Below are positions 10,541 to 18,750 of a stretch of 64,000 nucleotides of DNA, piece after piece. The notes under the pieces are model-generated. The model did no database searches. It was not told where the DNA came from and was given only the letters and a program-made list of their open reading frames with translations. Both the position numbers and the translations under genes were made by a program. Where the stretch lies: assembly GCA_021818465.1 (NCBI GenBank), contig JAKAEA010000001.1, positions 41,972-105,971 on the forward strand. The letters run 5' to 3'. How positions within the stretch are numbered: the first letter of the stretch is position 1; each line of letters opens with the position of its first letter. This stretch comes from a bacterium. Its GTDB lineage: Bacteria > Patescibacteriota > Minisyncoccia > Phycocordibacterales > JAKAEA01.

Positions 10541-10876
10541 TTACGCGCCGATAAATTGCCCGAGCTCGGTTTGAAATGTTTCTTTGGGACGGAAACCAAC
10601 AAAATCGTGCACGACTTTTCCCTCTTTAAACAACTTCATATTAGGAATACTCATAATTTGATACTGTTGGGCCAAGCTAAGATTGGCGGGATCCTCAACG
10701 TCAACTTTAACGATTTTTAATTTTGTAGCCAAACTTACCGAAAGTTCATCGAGTATTGGGGCCATCATTCGGCACGGTCCGCACCATGATGCCCAAAAAT
10801 CAACGAGCACGGGCACCGTTGCATCTAACACTTCTTTTTTAAAATCCTGTTGTGTTGCAGTAATAACGTTTGACAT
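10541..10876 (-). CDS. trxA: Thioredoxin
   Basis: [19 protein letters not shown]. Confidence 0.96.
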   Translation of the reverse strand: MSNVITATQQDFKKEVLDATVPVLVDFWASWCGPCRMMAPILDELSVSLATKLKIVKVDVEDPANLSLAQQYQIMSIPNMKLFKEGKVVHDFVGFRPKETFQTELGQFIGA

Positions 10877-10881
10877 AATTT

Positions 10882-11193
10882 TTATTTTTTATACGTACAA
10901 ATAAACTTTTTAAGATCTCGTGCTATACCCGTATCGTGGAACAAATAACACACTTCTTTCCCCTCTCGCACTGGCTCCAATAATCCCACACGCGCGAGAA
11001 CTCGGAGATGGTGCGATACACCGGCAACACTCATGTGCAATCGCTCGGCAATATCGGAAACGCAAATTTTCTGCTGATCAAAAATTACACAGAGAATCGC
11101 TAAACGTCGCACATCGCCAGCTGTGCGTAACAACTTAGCCAGCGCAGCGGCGTTTAGTTGCGTGTGAGGGGGTGACATACATGTACTATTCAT
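10882..11193 (-). CDS. ArsR/SmtB family transcriptional regulator
   Basis: [30 protein letters not shown]; true start may be 11178. Confidence 0.9.
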   Translation of the reverse strand: MNSTCMSPPHTQLNAAALAKLLRTAGDVRRLAILCVIFDQQKICVSDIAERLHMSVAGVSHHLRVLARVGLLEPVREGKEVCYLFHDTGIARDLKKFICTYKK

Positions 11194-11238
11194 TCAAACT
11201 AATATTTGAATGTTATACCGCCAGCACGCCATTGTCAA
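11191..11238 (-). promoter_or_regulatory. Sigma70 promoter overlapped by a probable ArsR operator
   Basis: TTGACA-N17-TAACAT on the minus strand; CATTCAAA-N6-TTTGAATG inverted repeat at 11191-11212. Confidence 0.65.
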
Positions 11239-11345
11239 TCATGCTAATGCACCCATGTGTAGAGTACGGTCTATTGACTATTTTTTGATTGTATATTATT
11301 TTGCAAGCAGATATTGTTGTTAGTTTTTTACAAAAGGAGTTTTAT

Positions 11346-11636
11346 ATGGGAACAACTACTATATATGTTGAGCCGCGCGACGCGGCGAGTAATGAACGTA
11401 TTGCCCAATTAATCGGGGCATCCGAAGACGTAACTTCTTACGCGGTTCGCTCTAGCGATGGACACCGCCACAATCTTTTTCGAGTGTCGAGCGATCAGCT
11501 TACGTTTCTGCAAAAAACAAAAGGCAAGCAACGTCCTCGTTTCAACATGTGGAGACAGCGCCCTAATGGTTTATTTGAACGTGTCATCAAACGTCCGCAG
11601 CAAAAAGGTTTACCTCAAGCCGCAGCGCGTCACTAA
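11346..11636 (+). CDS. Hypothetical protein
   Basis: AAAAGGAG RBS before ATG 11346; ends at a terminator. Confidence 0.6.
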   Translation: MGTTTIYVEPRDAASNERIAQLIGASEDVTSYAVRSSDGHRHNLFRVSSDQLTFLQKTKGKQRPRFNMWRQRPNGLFERVIKRPQQKGLPQAAARH

Positions 11637-11658
11637 TCTTCTTTATATACAACAAACG

Positions 11659-11686
11659 AAGGCACCCAGATATGGGTGCCTTTTTT
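11659..11686. terminator. Probable bidirectional terminator
   Basis: AAGGCACCCA-GATA-TGGGTGCCTT followed by a T run, between convergent ORFs. Confidence 0.75.
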
Positions 11687-11687
11687 A

Positions 11688-11858
11688 TTATCTTTTTCTG
11701 GCTGGACGACGCCATCCAATTTTTTTCCGCCGGTCTCGGCGACTTAATTGTCGTATGACATCATCGTAATAGTAACTTTCGCCATCAGCATCAGGTGGTT
11801 GAATAAAAAAAATCGAGACACCATAGCAGATGCGTCCTCTATCATAAATTTCACTCAT
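11688..11858 (-). CDS. Small hypothetical protein (56 aa, not in the ORF track)
   Basis: AAGGAG RBS; MSEIYDRGRICYGVSIFF...RRPARKR; stop abuts the terminator. Confidence 0.45.
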   Translation of the reverse strand: MSEIYDRGRICYGVSIFFIQPPDADGESYYYDDVIRQLSRRDRRKKIGWRRPARKR

Positions 11859-12041
11859 AACCATCTCCTTACAAAAAGCGCCTCTACTTGCTCACAAACA
11901 AGTACTTCTAAAATTTATAGTACCACATTTAAAAATGTATACTAAATTTTTAACAAACCTACACACTATGAAAAATAGAGACACATAAGATTGATCTGTA
12001 AACGGCTCGGCAAGAATATTTCAAAAAAAATACATCCTGTT

Positions 12042-12638
12042 TTATATAACAAACAAGTGATCGTCACCACGATGTCCCACATGTTTATAGCCCTTACCAA
12101 GAAGCAATAATCTGACGTACGGATAGTGAAGTCTTTTGGAAGTTTTGTTATGAAATTCTACCAGGATTTGTTGGGGTGCTATCTGCATATTTTGTAAAAC
12201 TTTATATTCACTTCCTTCGATGTCCAACTTCAACACATCAATATGCCGATGTCCTAATTCGGCCATGAGCGTAGAAAGTTTTTTAACTGGTAACTGAGAT
12301 GATTCTCCGTTGAAAATCCATTCCGATAGATTCTTATTTGTTATAATATCCCTCTTAGAAAAAAATGTCTGCGTTCCATCAAAATTGGACACACCGATGG
12401 GATGAAATATAAATTTTTGTGGCAAAGTTTGATGCCTAATCCATTGAATACTATACGGGGTTGGATCAAAAGCATGTATAGTACAATCGAAGCGACGAAT
12501 CATCTCCAAGTCCCACGATATATTATCACCCACTCCAAAAGAGTAGACGATACTCTTTTTATTTAGTTGGTGTGTATCTATTAACCAACCACCATAGTTG
12601 CTATCTCCCAGTAATTCAATGCGCATATTTTTCGACAT
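12042..12638 (-). CDS. FkbM-family methyltransferase
   Basis: VYSFGVG.NISWD, HAFDPTP, IDVLKLDIEGSE, QILVEFH. Confidence 0.88.
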   Translation of the reverse strand: MSKNMRIELLGDSNYGGWLIDTHQLNKKSIVYSFGVGDNISWDLEMIRRFDCTIHAFDPTPYSIQWIRHQTLPQKFIFHPIGVSNFDGTQTFFSKRDIITNKNLSEWIFNGESSQLPVKKLSTLMAELGHRHIDVLKLDIEGSEYKVLQNMQIAPQQILVEFHNKTSKRLHYPYVRLLLLGKGYKHVGHRGDDHLFVI

Positions 12639-12772
12639 ACGTTTGTATACTAATACCAGTATAGTTGTACCAAATTATTAGGTGCTAACTATACCATTGC
12701 ATACACAAAATAGTACACACCAAGCAAAATTCAATTTGTTATGTACATGTATGCGATCATCTGTATAAAAAA

Positions 12773-12799
12773 ATCCCTCGAGCAACCTTACTCGAGGAA
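12773..12799 (-). terminator. Terminator of the 12829-13494 gene
   Basis: CCTCGAG-N8-CTCGAGG stem followed by a T run on the minus strand. Confidence 0.65.
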
Positions 12800-12828
12800 T
12801 AAAGACTAGAAAATGTTCTGTGGAATTT

Positions 12829-13494
12829 CTACGCGACCGACTTTGTGCCATTCGGTTTTGGAATACAAAACACCCAACGATAACTAGCATCATAAAACAT
12901 TTTAGAATCACCAGAACTACTAGTAAGTCGCAGGTCCCCAAATTCAGTCCGTTTGACAAGAAAAATACTCAAAGGACCATTGGGAACGACAACTGGTTTC
13001 ATTGCAATCAGTAACGAACAATCGTGTCGTAGGTTTTTGTATTGTAAAAGTAGCTGTGGGCCAACTTCAGGTGGACAGAGTGCTAAGCCGTGCCTTTTAG
13101 CCCGAGCATATACTTCACCAACAACAGCACCGTGTTCAAAACCAAGTTCAAAATCAGAAACCTCAATGAGCTCTATTTCCATAGACTGTTTAAAAAACTT
13201 CGGTACGAGTTTTTTAAGCATCATCTTTCCACAATTACTAACACATATACCCTTTTCACACATAGCCGTGCAAAAATCCTCAACTGATTCAAAACCGGTG
13301 CCAAGATTTAAGATACAAAATGTAGTAAAATTTGGCAAAGAATTTTTTTTCTTTGAAATACTGAGAATTTTTTTAAGAGCTTTTTGCAGAAGTGTGGGAT
13401 TTTTTATCCAAAATCCCATACACTCATCGTTTACAGGAGGGAGATTTTGGACAATAGATGTAACGAACTGATCCTTCAACGTACCTGTTGACAT
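12829..13494 (-). CDS. Hypothetical protein resembling CPR DGR-target (C-type lectin-like) families
   Basis: ELGF..GA...EVYARAK..GL.LCPPEVGPQL.LQY..LLIAMKP and C-terminal YRWVF; own promoter, RBS and terminator; family call from memory. Confidence 0.55.
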   Translation of the reverse strand: MSTGTLKDQFVTSIVQNLPPVNDECMGFWIKNPTLLQKALKKILSISKKKNSLPNFTTFCILNLGTGFESVEDFCTAMCEKGICVSNCGKMMLKKLVPKFFKQSMEIELIEVSDFELGFEHGAVVGEVYARAKRHGLALCPPEVGPQLLLQYKNLRHDCSLLIAMKPVVVPNGPLSIFLVKRTEFGDLRLTSSSGDSKMFYDASYRWVFCIPKPNGTKSVA

Positions 13495-13545
13495 GCTTGT
13501 TTCTCCTTTTATTTGTGTTCAGGAAATTAAAGAACCACCCCATCG

Positions 13546-13609
13546 GTAGCCCTAATCAAAAAGTTCCGAGCTATAGTGTAGCTGTACAGAAGCTTTTGAT
13601 TAGGACTAC
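13546..13609 (-). other. Long stem-loop in a 5' leader
   Basis: GTAGCCCTAATCAAAAAGTTC pairs imperfectly with GAAGCTTTTGATTAGGACTAC; inner AGCTA/TAGCT hairpin. Confidence 0.6.
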
Positions 13610-13760
13610 TAAAAAAATAATTATTAAAGAACAATAGTAAGTTTTTACACTAAAAAAAATAATTTGTCAATGGTACCGAATTTACTACAAGATACACCTC
13701 CTCAGAGTTGCTTATACCCATCCACTTTCAAATGTATGCCGATAATATTAAGCGTGTATT

Positions 13761-14969
13761 TCAAAATTCTACAAACGTCAGCGCCTTGCCTCGTTTATCC
13801 CCTCTTCCTGTTCGGCCAATACGATGCACGTAATCATCATAGGTAGCCGGGATGTCGAAATTGATGACGTGACTAACATCAGCAATATCAAGACCGCGAG
13901 CGGCAACATCGGTTGCAACCAATACCTTCACCACATCACTTTTGAAAAGTTTTAACGCCCGCTGTCGTTGTGTGTGTGATTTATTACCATGAATTGATTC
14001 AGCTCGAATACCTTTTTCAATAAGAAGTTGAGAAAGTTTTTCCACGCCATATTTTGTTCGACCAAAGATAAGGACTTTATTGAAGTCTTTTTGATTCAAC
14101 ATGTCGTGCAAAACATCAATCTTTGAGGCGCCTTGTGCAATTCGTACAACGTCCTGATCAATATTTTTAGAGGTACGTTGAGTTGCAACAGAAATTCGCA
14201 CAGGATCTTTCAGAAATTCCTGAATAAGTTTTTCAATTTCTACAGACAACGTCGCTGAAAAGAAAAGCGTTTGCCGTTCTGCGGGCATGCCGGCCATGAT
14301 AAGGCGCATATCGTGCACAAATCCCATATCGAGCATACGATCAGCTTCGTCAAGCACAATAGTTTTAAACTCAGATAATCTAATCCTTCCGTGCTGGATA
14401 AAATCTTTCAGCCGACCTGGTGTTCCAATAATAAAATTATTAGGAAATCGCAGTTCTCGAATTTGATTGCCAATAGATACCCCCCCAACACATACCACAG
14501 AAAATATATTCATATTTTTAGTGAAACCCTTGAGTTCCTGATCAATCTGAATAGCCAATTCTCGTGTCGGCACAACAATCAAAACTTGCTCCTTTCTATT
14601 ACGTAGTACTTTATTGATGAGCGGAATAAGAAAAGCTGCGGTTTTTCCAGTGCCAGTATTTGCAATACCAAGCACATCAACATTTTTAAGAATGTGAGGA
14701 ATAGACCGATCTTGAATGGGAGTCGGTTGACTATATCCTTTTGCGGCAATAGTTTGTTTCAAAGAGGCATCAATATTGAAATCCTGAAACGCATGCTCTG
14801 GCACAAACGGCTGAATTTTTTCGGCAGCAACTGATTTATTAATAAATTTTGCTGGATCTATATATTGGCCGAAATTTTTACTTCGACTACGCCGATTTTG
14901 AAACGATTGTGATTGAAAACGGTTTCCTCCACGTACACCGTGAGGTTTTGTAAATGATTTTTTATACAT
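13761..14969 (-). CDS. DEAD-box RNA helicase
   Basis: PTPIQ, TGTGKT, PTRELA, DEAD, SAT, TDVAARGLD, HRIGRTGR. Confidence 0.96.
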   Translation of the reverse strand: MYKKSFTKPHGVRGGNRFQSQSFQNRRSRSKNFGQYIDPAKFINKSVAAEKIQPFVPEHAFQDFNIDASLKQTIAAKGYSQPTPIQDRSIPHILKNVDVLGIANTGTGKTAAFLIPLINKVLRNRKEQVLIVVPTRELAIQIDQELKGFTKNMNIFSVVCVGGVSIGNQIRELRFPNNFIIGTPGRLKDFIQHGRIRLSEFKTIVLDEADRMLDMGFVHDMRLIMAGMPAERQTLFFSATLSVEIEKLIQEFLKDPVRISVATQRTSKNIDQDVVRIAQGASKIDVLHDMLNQKDFNKVLIFGRTKYGVEKLSQLLIEKGIRAESIHGNKSHTQRQRALKLFKSDVVKVLVATDVAARGLDIADVSHVINFDIPATYDDYVHRIGRTGRGDKRGKALTFVEF

Positions 14970-15201
14970 TTTTTTAGGAAACAATAGTTTCCTGTAACCC
15001 CCAGTCTTTACAATAATAATGGCGACTGTCTCGAGAGTTTTTTATGCAGCTCGTGTGAGCTAAGCCGATTAAGAGAAATTCCTAAAAGAAAAACCTTTTG
15101 AGAGTAAGGTACGCTCAATATAATAACAAAAAATTATTTAATGTCAAGAGGGGCGGCGGTCGCTCTGTGATATACACGGCGTCCACGATATGCACCAAAA
15201 G

Positions 15202-15231
15202 AAAAGCCCAACATGGGTGTCGGGCTTTTTT
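15202..15231. terminator. Terminator hairpin
   Basis: AAAAGCCCAACA..TGTCGGGCTTTT flanked by A and T runs. Confidence 0.65.
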
Positions 15232-15234
15232 ATT

Positions 15235-15759
15235 TTAATCATCGATAGGAATAGTTTCTGAAGGATCCGAGATATCATTTACCACGATCGCTTCTGAGCT
15301 GCCACTAGGCACTCCTGCTATAAGCATTTCGAGAGGCGAAGCAACTCGCTGAACTTTTCCAGGCATAACCCAGAAACCAGCACGACTGGCACCAGTATCC
15401 GCACAATCCCATCGTAAACAGCCGACGAGCTGAAGCGGTGCTTCTTTGTACACAACCGCGTATTCTGGAACCGTGACCCCCTCACGTGGTGTGTATAGCG
15501 TGATGGGTTCACCTGGGAGGATGATTTCGCCACACCAAGCGCATTTGATTGCCGCTTTGCGCCAGCATTGCGGACAATAGTCGCGACTCTTATCAAGCGT
15601 ATACACTCCTCTACATTTATTGATGATAAAAAGGGTTTTTTGTTTCGCCATGTGACCACAGCCACACATGTAGTTTCGACCAAAAGTTTTGTAGAAAAGA
15701 CTTTGGCTGTTCATCCAGAACCTACGCAGTATCCGGATCCCAACTGACACACTGTTCAT
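15235..15759 (-). CDS. Cys-rich hypothetical protein
   Basis: AAAAGGAG RBS; CGCGH, CPQC, CAWC and C-x4-C motifs suggest metal binding. Confidence 0.7.
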   Translation of the reverse strand: MNSVSVGIRILRRFWMNSQSLFYKTFGRNYMCGCGHMAKQKTLFIINKCRGVYTLDKSRDYCPQCWRKAAIKCAWCGEIILPGEPITLYTPREGVTVPEYAVVYKEAPLQLVGCLRWDCADTGASRAGFWVMPGKVQRVASPLEMLIAGVPSGSSEAIVVNDISDPSETIPIDD

Positions 15760-15828
15760 ATAATTACTCCTTTTGTAAGAACTCTGGCGGCATTTTATAT
15801 ATAAACCCGTAAAAAATCAAATAAAAAA

Positions 15829-15851
15829 AACCCATACTTTTGTATGGGGTT
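15829..15851 (-). terminator. Terminator of the 15886-16506 gene
   Basis: CCCATAC-AAAA-GTATGGG followed by a long T run on the minus strand. Confidence 0.7.
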
Positions 15852-15885
15852 CTCAATGTTCACGTTTTGAGATACGTTTTTTATA

Positions 15886-16506
15886 CTACTTGCGGAAGGC
15901 AAACCAATTGAAGATGCCGATGAAGCTCTCGGCCAAGCAGAGGTCCGTCTCGCGCTGCGAGTCGTACCACCAGACAGAGCAGGCGTAGCGGTTACTCTCG
16001 AAGGTGCAATCCGTTGTAGCCACCACATACATCGGATTTTGACCGAGCTTGGTGTGGAGCGCAGGATTGTGTTCACCGATGGCGAAGACTTCGCGCGGAT
16101 TGGTCCGATTGAGTCCTTTGGATTTGGCCCATCTGAGAGCTTTGTCCCAATTGCCGCCACCATTGGGGAAATTGAGGAGGATAATCTCCTGCTCAATAGT
16201 CCCCATTTCGACTGGAGGATACTGCCTACCAATCTTGCGGACATTGTGGTAAACCATCGTTTTGGTACTAGCGGCATCGATTGCCTCCTGCCATTCACGC
16301 TCCTGATTCACCTTTACCGTGAGCACACGGACACGAGCGCCTTTCGGCGGCTGTATGTCCTTGAGCTCCAGCTTGAGTGAATCAAGAAAACGGCTAAATG
16401 AGCCGTTGTCGAGGGCTTGCTGGAACTGCTGGCGACTGACGCCTTTGTCGATGGCCATATTACGAACGGAATCTGACTGACTGGAAGTAACAAGTTTGTC
16501 GCTCAT
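15886..16506 (-). CDS. Putative DGR target-like protein (VR not matching the local TR)
   Basis: GC-rich; 3' end dominated by NNC/NNT codons; ends ..VWW....RE.DL......NWFAFRK; 0.8 kb from the DGR RT. Confidence 0.6.
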   Translation of the reverse strand: MSDKLVTSSQSDSVRNMAIDKGVSRQQFQQALDNGSFSRFLDSLKLELKDIQPPKGARVRVLTVKVNQEREWQEAIDAASTKTMVYHNVRKIGRQYPPVEMGTIEQEIILLNFPNGGGNWDKALRWAKSKGLNRTNPREVFAIGEHNPALHTKLGQNPMYVVATTDCTFESNRYACSVWWYDSQRETDLCLAESFIGIFNWFAFRK

Positions 16507-16620
16507 AACTGACTCCTTTTATTGCGCTCACCTCAAGCTCCGAAACACTCGGCACCAGAGGCAGACAAGTTCAATGAACGTACTGGTTGATATAATGTAT
16601 CAAAAATACCGACTTGTCAA
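16505..16620 (-). repeat. Copy 1 of a 116-bp promoter/5'UTR/RBS direct repeat
   Basis: 109/116 identical to 17040-17155; begins TTGACA and ends AAAAGGAGTCAGTTAT on the minus strand. Confidence 0.95.
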
Positions 16621-16716
16621 ATATGGGTGCTCACACAGTTTGAGGTGGAACACGATTGAGACGGAGATACTGAGGTGGAAAATGATGGCAATGCACTTGT
16701 GACGTTCGTCAAAAAA

Positions 16717-16742
16717 AGCCGAGGGTATTTCACCTTCGGCTT
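16717..16742 (-). terminator. Terminator of the 16764-17039 gene
   Basis: AAGCCGAAGG..CCCTCGGCTT followed by a T run on the minus strand. Confidence 0.7.
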
Positions 16743-16763
16743 AGAAAAAGCGTAATGAGAGAC

Positions 16764-17039
16764 TCAAAAACACGGTGTCCTTATGATGTCTTCCTTACCA
16801 CAGAGTTTACAGTTACCTTCCACATCAAAAGTTGGATGCGGACACTGCCCCTGAACAACCGCGAGCTGCAGCTTGACTTTTGCAACCTTGTCAGCAAGAT
16901 CGTGTTGTTGCTCTCTGAGCTTGTTAAGTCGCTCCTGAATCGGACGCAGCTTCCTTTTAAGGGTCACAGTTTTTAGCTTCTTTTCATTCGGCGGTGTAAG
17001 ACTTGGGTAAGACACAGCAACAAACCTCTTGTAGTGCAT
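16764..17039 (-). CDS. Small hypothetical coiled-coil protein with C-terminal Cys/His motif
   Basis: ATG 17039 follows the RBS of repeat copy 2; heptad pattern, then CPH-x8-CKLC. Confidence 0.6.
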   Translation of the reverse strand: MHYKRFVAVSYPSLTPPNEKKLKTVTLKRKLRPIQERLNKLREQQHDLADKVAKVKLQLAVVQGQCPHPTFDVEGNCKLCGKEDIIRTPCF

Positions 17040-17155
17040 ATAACTGACTCCTTTTATTGCGCCCACCTCAAGCTCCGAAACACTCGGCACCAGAGGCAGA
17101 CAAGTTCAATGAACGTACTGGTTTATATAAAATATTAAAAATACGTACTTGTCAA
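17040..17155 (-). repeat. Copy 2 of the 116-bp promoter/5'UTR/RBS direct repeat
   Basis: See copy 1; offset 535 bp. Confidence 0.95.
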
Positions 17156-17327
17156 GGATGGGTCTTAACCGTGATACTAATAGTCACCCGCTTTTTGACC
17201 GACACCTAATCGAATCTACCTATACCCAGCTTTGTTTTTTGAGAGAGATGATGCGGAGAGAGGGGGTTGGGGTTTGAGGAGAATTTCGGAGAAAAACTAA
17301 ATTCAAAGGCTATCGTGACGGTAATAG

Positions 17328-18356
17328 TTACCCCGGAACAGCTGACAATTGCAGGGGAATGTTTTGCGCCGCAACATTTTCACAAATCATTTTGAGCCTC
17401 TTTTGCAATTGATAAGTGTTTCCATGTCCAAGAAGTCCGCGATACGAGCTTATCGTTTCTCGTTTTGGATAACCTTTCATCATACGAACTATTTTTCGTT
17501 TTGTCGTTGTCCTAATCTGCCGATGGTGAGGGAAATGGACCCAACCGAGAAAATCCACACCAGAGTCGTATGTTTTTATATAGACTTTGTGTTCATGAAG
17601 CGTGAGGTGTAGTTTTTCATTGAGAAATTTTTGTAGCCATGGCAAAAGCTTTTCTAAATATTCTTTGCTCTCAGACAGGATCGCAAAATCATCAGCATAG
17701 CGGAGATAGTATTTTATTCGCAACTCCTGTTTGAGGTACACATCAAATTCGTGCATATACACATTCACGAGAAGCTGGGATGTGAGATTGCCGAGCGGTA
17801 AACCAATGCCAGAAGTAGTCGTGTAAAAACTTGAGATAACTTTATGAATAAGCGCCCGGATATCTGGATCAACAATATGCCGTTCAAGAATTTTCATTAA
17901 AATCGCGTGGTCAACGCTCGCAAAGAATTTCCGTATATCGCATTTAAGCACGTAACATGTTCGTGTGTGATTTTTAGATACCTTTCGAGCAAAATCTCTA
18001 AAGCGATCGAGCGCCTTGTGCGTCCCTTTATTTTTTCGACAGGAATAGGAATCAAAAATAAATTGCTGATGGAAATGCCAGTACAATTCTTTATAAATAA
18101 GGTGGTGCAATATCCTATCACGAACCGTAGCTTTGTGAATGTTGCGTGGTTTCGGGTCAGAAATGTTGAAAGCTGAATATGAGCCGTGCGTATATGTTTT
18201 ATTTTTTAGATCGGAGTAGAGACTGGCAATATTGGTTGCTAGTTCTGCTTGAAATTTAATGACATCTTTTTTCTTTTTCTTGCCACGCAGAAACCGCTCC
18301 CATGTCAGGAGTAGATTTTCGATGGTAATGATAGAATTGTATGTATGAGTGAACAC
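17328..18356 (-). CDS. DGR reverse transcriptase
   Basis: DPKPRNI, RDRILHH, SYSCRKNKGTH, LKCDIRKFFAS, GLPLGNLTSQ, YLRYADDF, VDFLG; 342 aa, no maturase/HNH domain. Confidence 0.95.
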   Translation of the reverse strand: MFTHTYNSIITIENLLLTWERFLRGKKKKKDVIKFQAELATNIASLYSDLKNKTYTHGSYSAFNISDPKPRNIHKATVRDRILHHLIYKELYWHFHQQFIFDSYSCRKNKGTHKALDRFRDFARKVSKNHTRTCYVLKCDIRKFFASVDHAILMKILERHIVDPDIRALIHKVISSFYTTTSGIGLPLGNLTSQLLVNVYMHEFDVYLKQELRIKYYLRYADDFAILSESKEYLEKLLPWLQKFLNEKLHLTLHEHKVYIKTYDSGVDFLGWVHFPHHRQIRTTTKRKIVRMMKGYPKRETISSYRGLLGHGNTYQLQKRLKMICENVAAQNIPLQLSAVPG

Positions 18357-18391
18357 GGGCCATTAAGTACCCCCCCATTCCACTTGTTCTT

Positions 18392-18733
18392 GTGCGCGCG
18401 AAAGAGACGTACCAATTGTGGCATAGCTCGATCGTAAATTTAAAGCGCGTTGATCGCTACACGCTCGGTGCAAAGATAGACGATGCGTTTCTCTCGCTCC
18501 TCGAGCTCATATTTAGGGGCCGTTTTGCCTATGACAAATTCGAGAAGTTGTCGCTTGTTTCCCAGGCTATCGCAAAATCCGACCTCTTAAAATTCTTTTT
18601 GCAGCTCGGATGGGAGCATAAAGTGATTGACCACAAAAACTACGGTGCGCTCATTCTCCTCCTGGATGAAGTCGGCCGCATGCTCGATGGATGGAAGAAA
18701 AATCTTTCAGACAAAACTCCCGCCAATAAATAG
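18392..18733 (+). CDS. avd: Avd-like accessory variability determinant (four-helix bundle)
   Basis: RYTLG.KID..L..LE and L.EVGRML.GWKK signature; between TR and RT but on the opposite strand. Confidence 0.85.
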   Translation: MRAKETYQLWHSSIVNLKRVDRYTLGAKIDDAFLSLLELIFRGRFAYDKFEKLSLVSQAIAKSDLLKFFLQLGWEHKVIDHKNYGALILLLDEVGRMLDGWKKNLSDKTPANK

Positions 18734-18750
18734 CGGGAGAAATCATCTGA
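18707..18750 (-). other. Stem-loop immediately 3' of TR, overlapping the avd stop
   Basis: Minus strand TCAGA..CTCCCGCTA-TTTAT-TGGCGGGAG-TTTTG-TCTGA. Confidence 0.7.

Noticed and set aside
12829-12840. Shared C-terminal SVA-stop between the 12829 gene and the DGR target
   Set aside because: Only three codons match, with no flanking identity; likely chance.
12678-13471. Track ORFs 12678-12959 and 12953-13471
   Set aside because: They overlap the better-supported 12829-13494 gene and its terminator.
16505-17155. Direct repeat as a second TR/VR pair or a CRISPR array
   Set aside because: It is non-coding, the mismatches are not A-specific, and there are only two long copies; no CRISPR array or cas gene was seen in the window.
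17241-17280. G/A-rich tract downstream of the RT as a G-quadruplex
   Set aside because: Only two runs of three or more G; no other support.
18341-18352. TGA read-through (genetic code 25) extending avd from ATG 18341
   Set aside because: TGA terminates several ORFs here (for example at 4591 and 21760), and conserved genes contain no in-frame TGA.
17328-18356. RT as a group II intron, retron or CRISPR-associated RT
   Set aside because: It is short, has the GNLTSQ motif, lacks maturase/HNH/Cas1 domains, and has an adjacent TR/VR pair and Avd.
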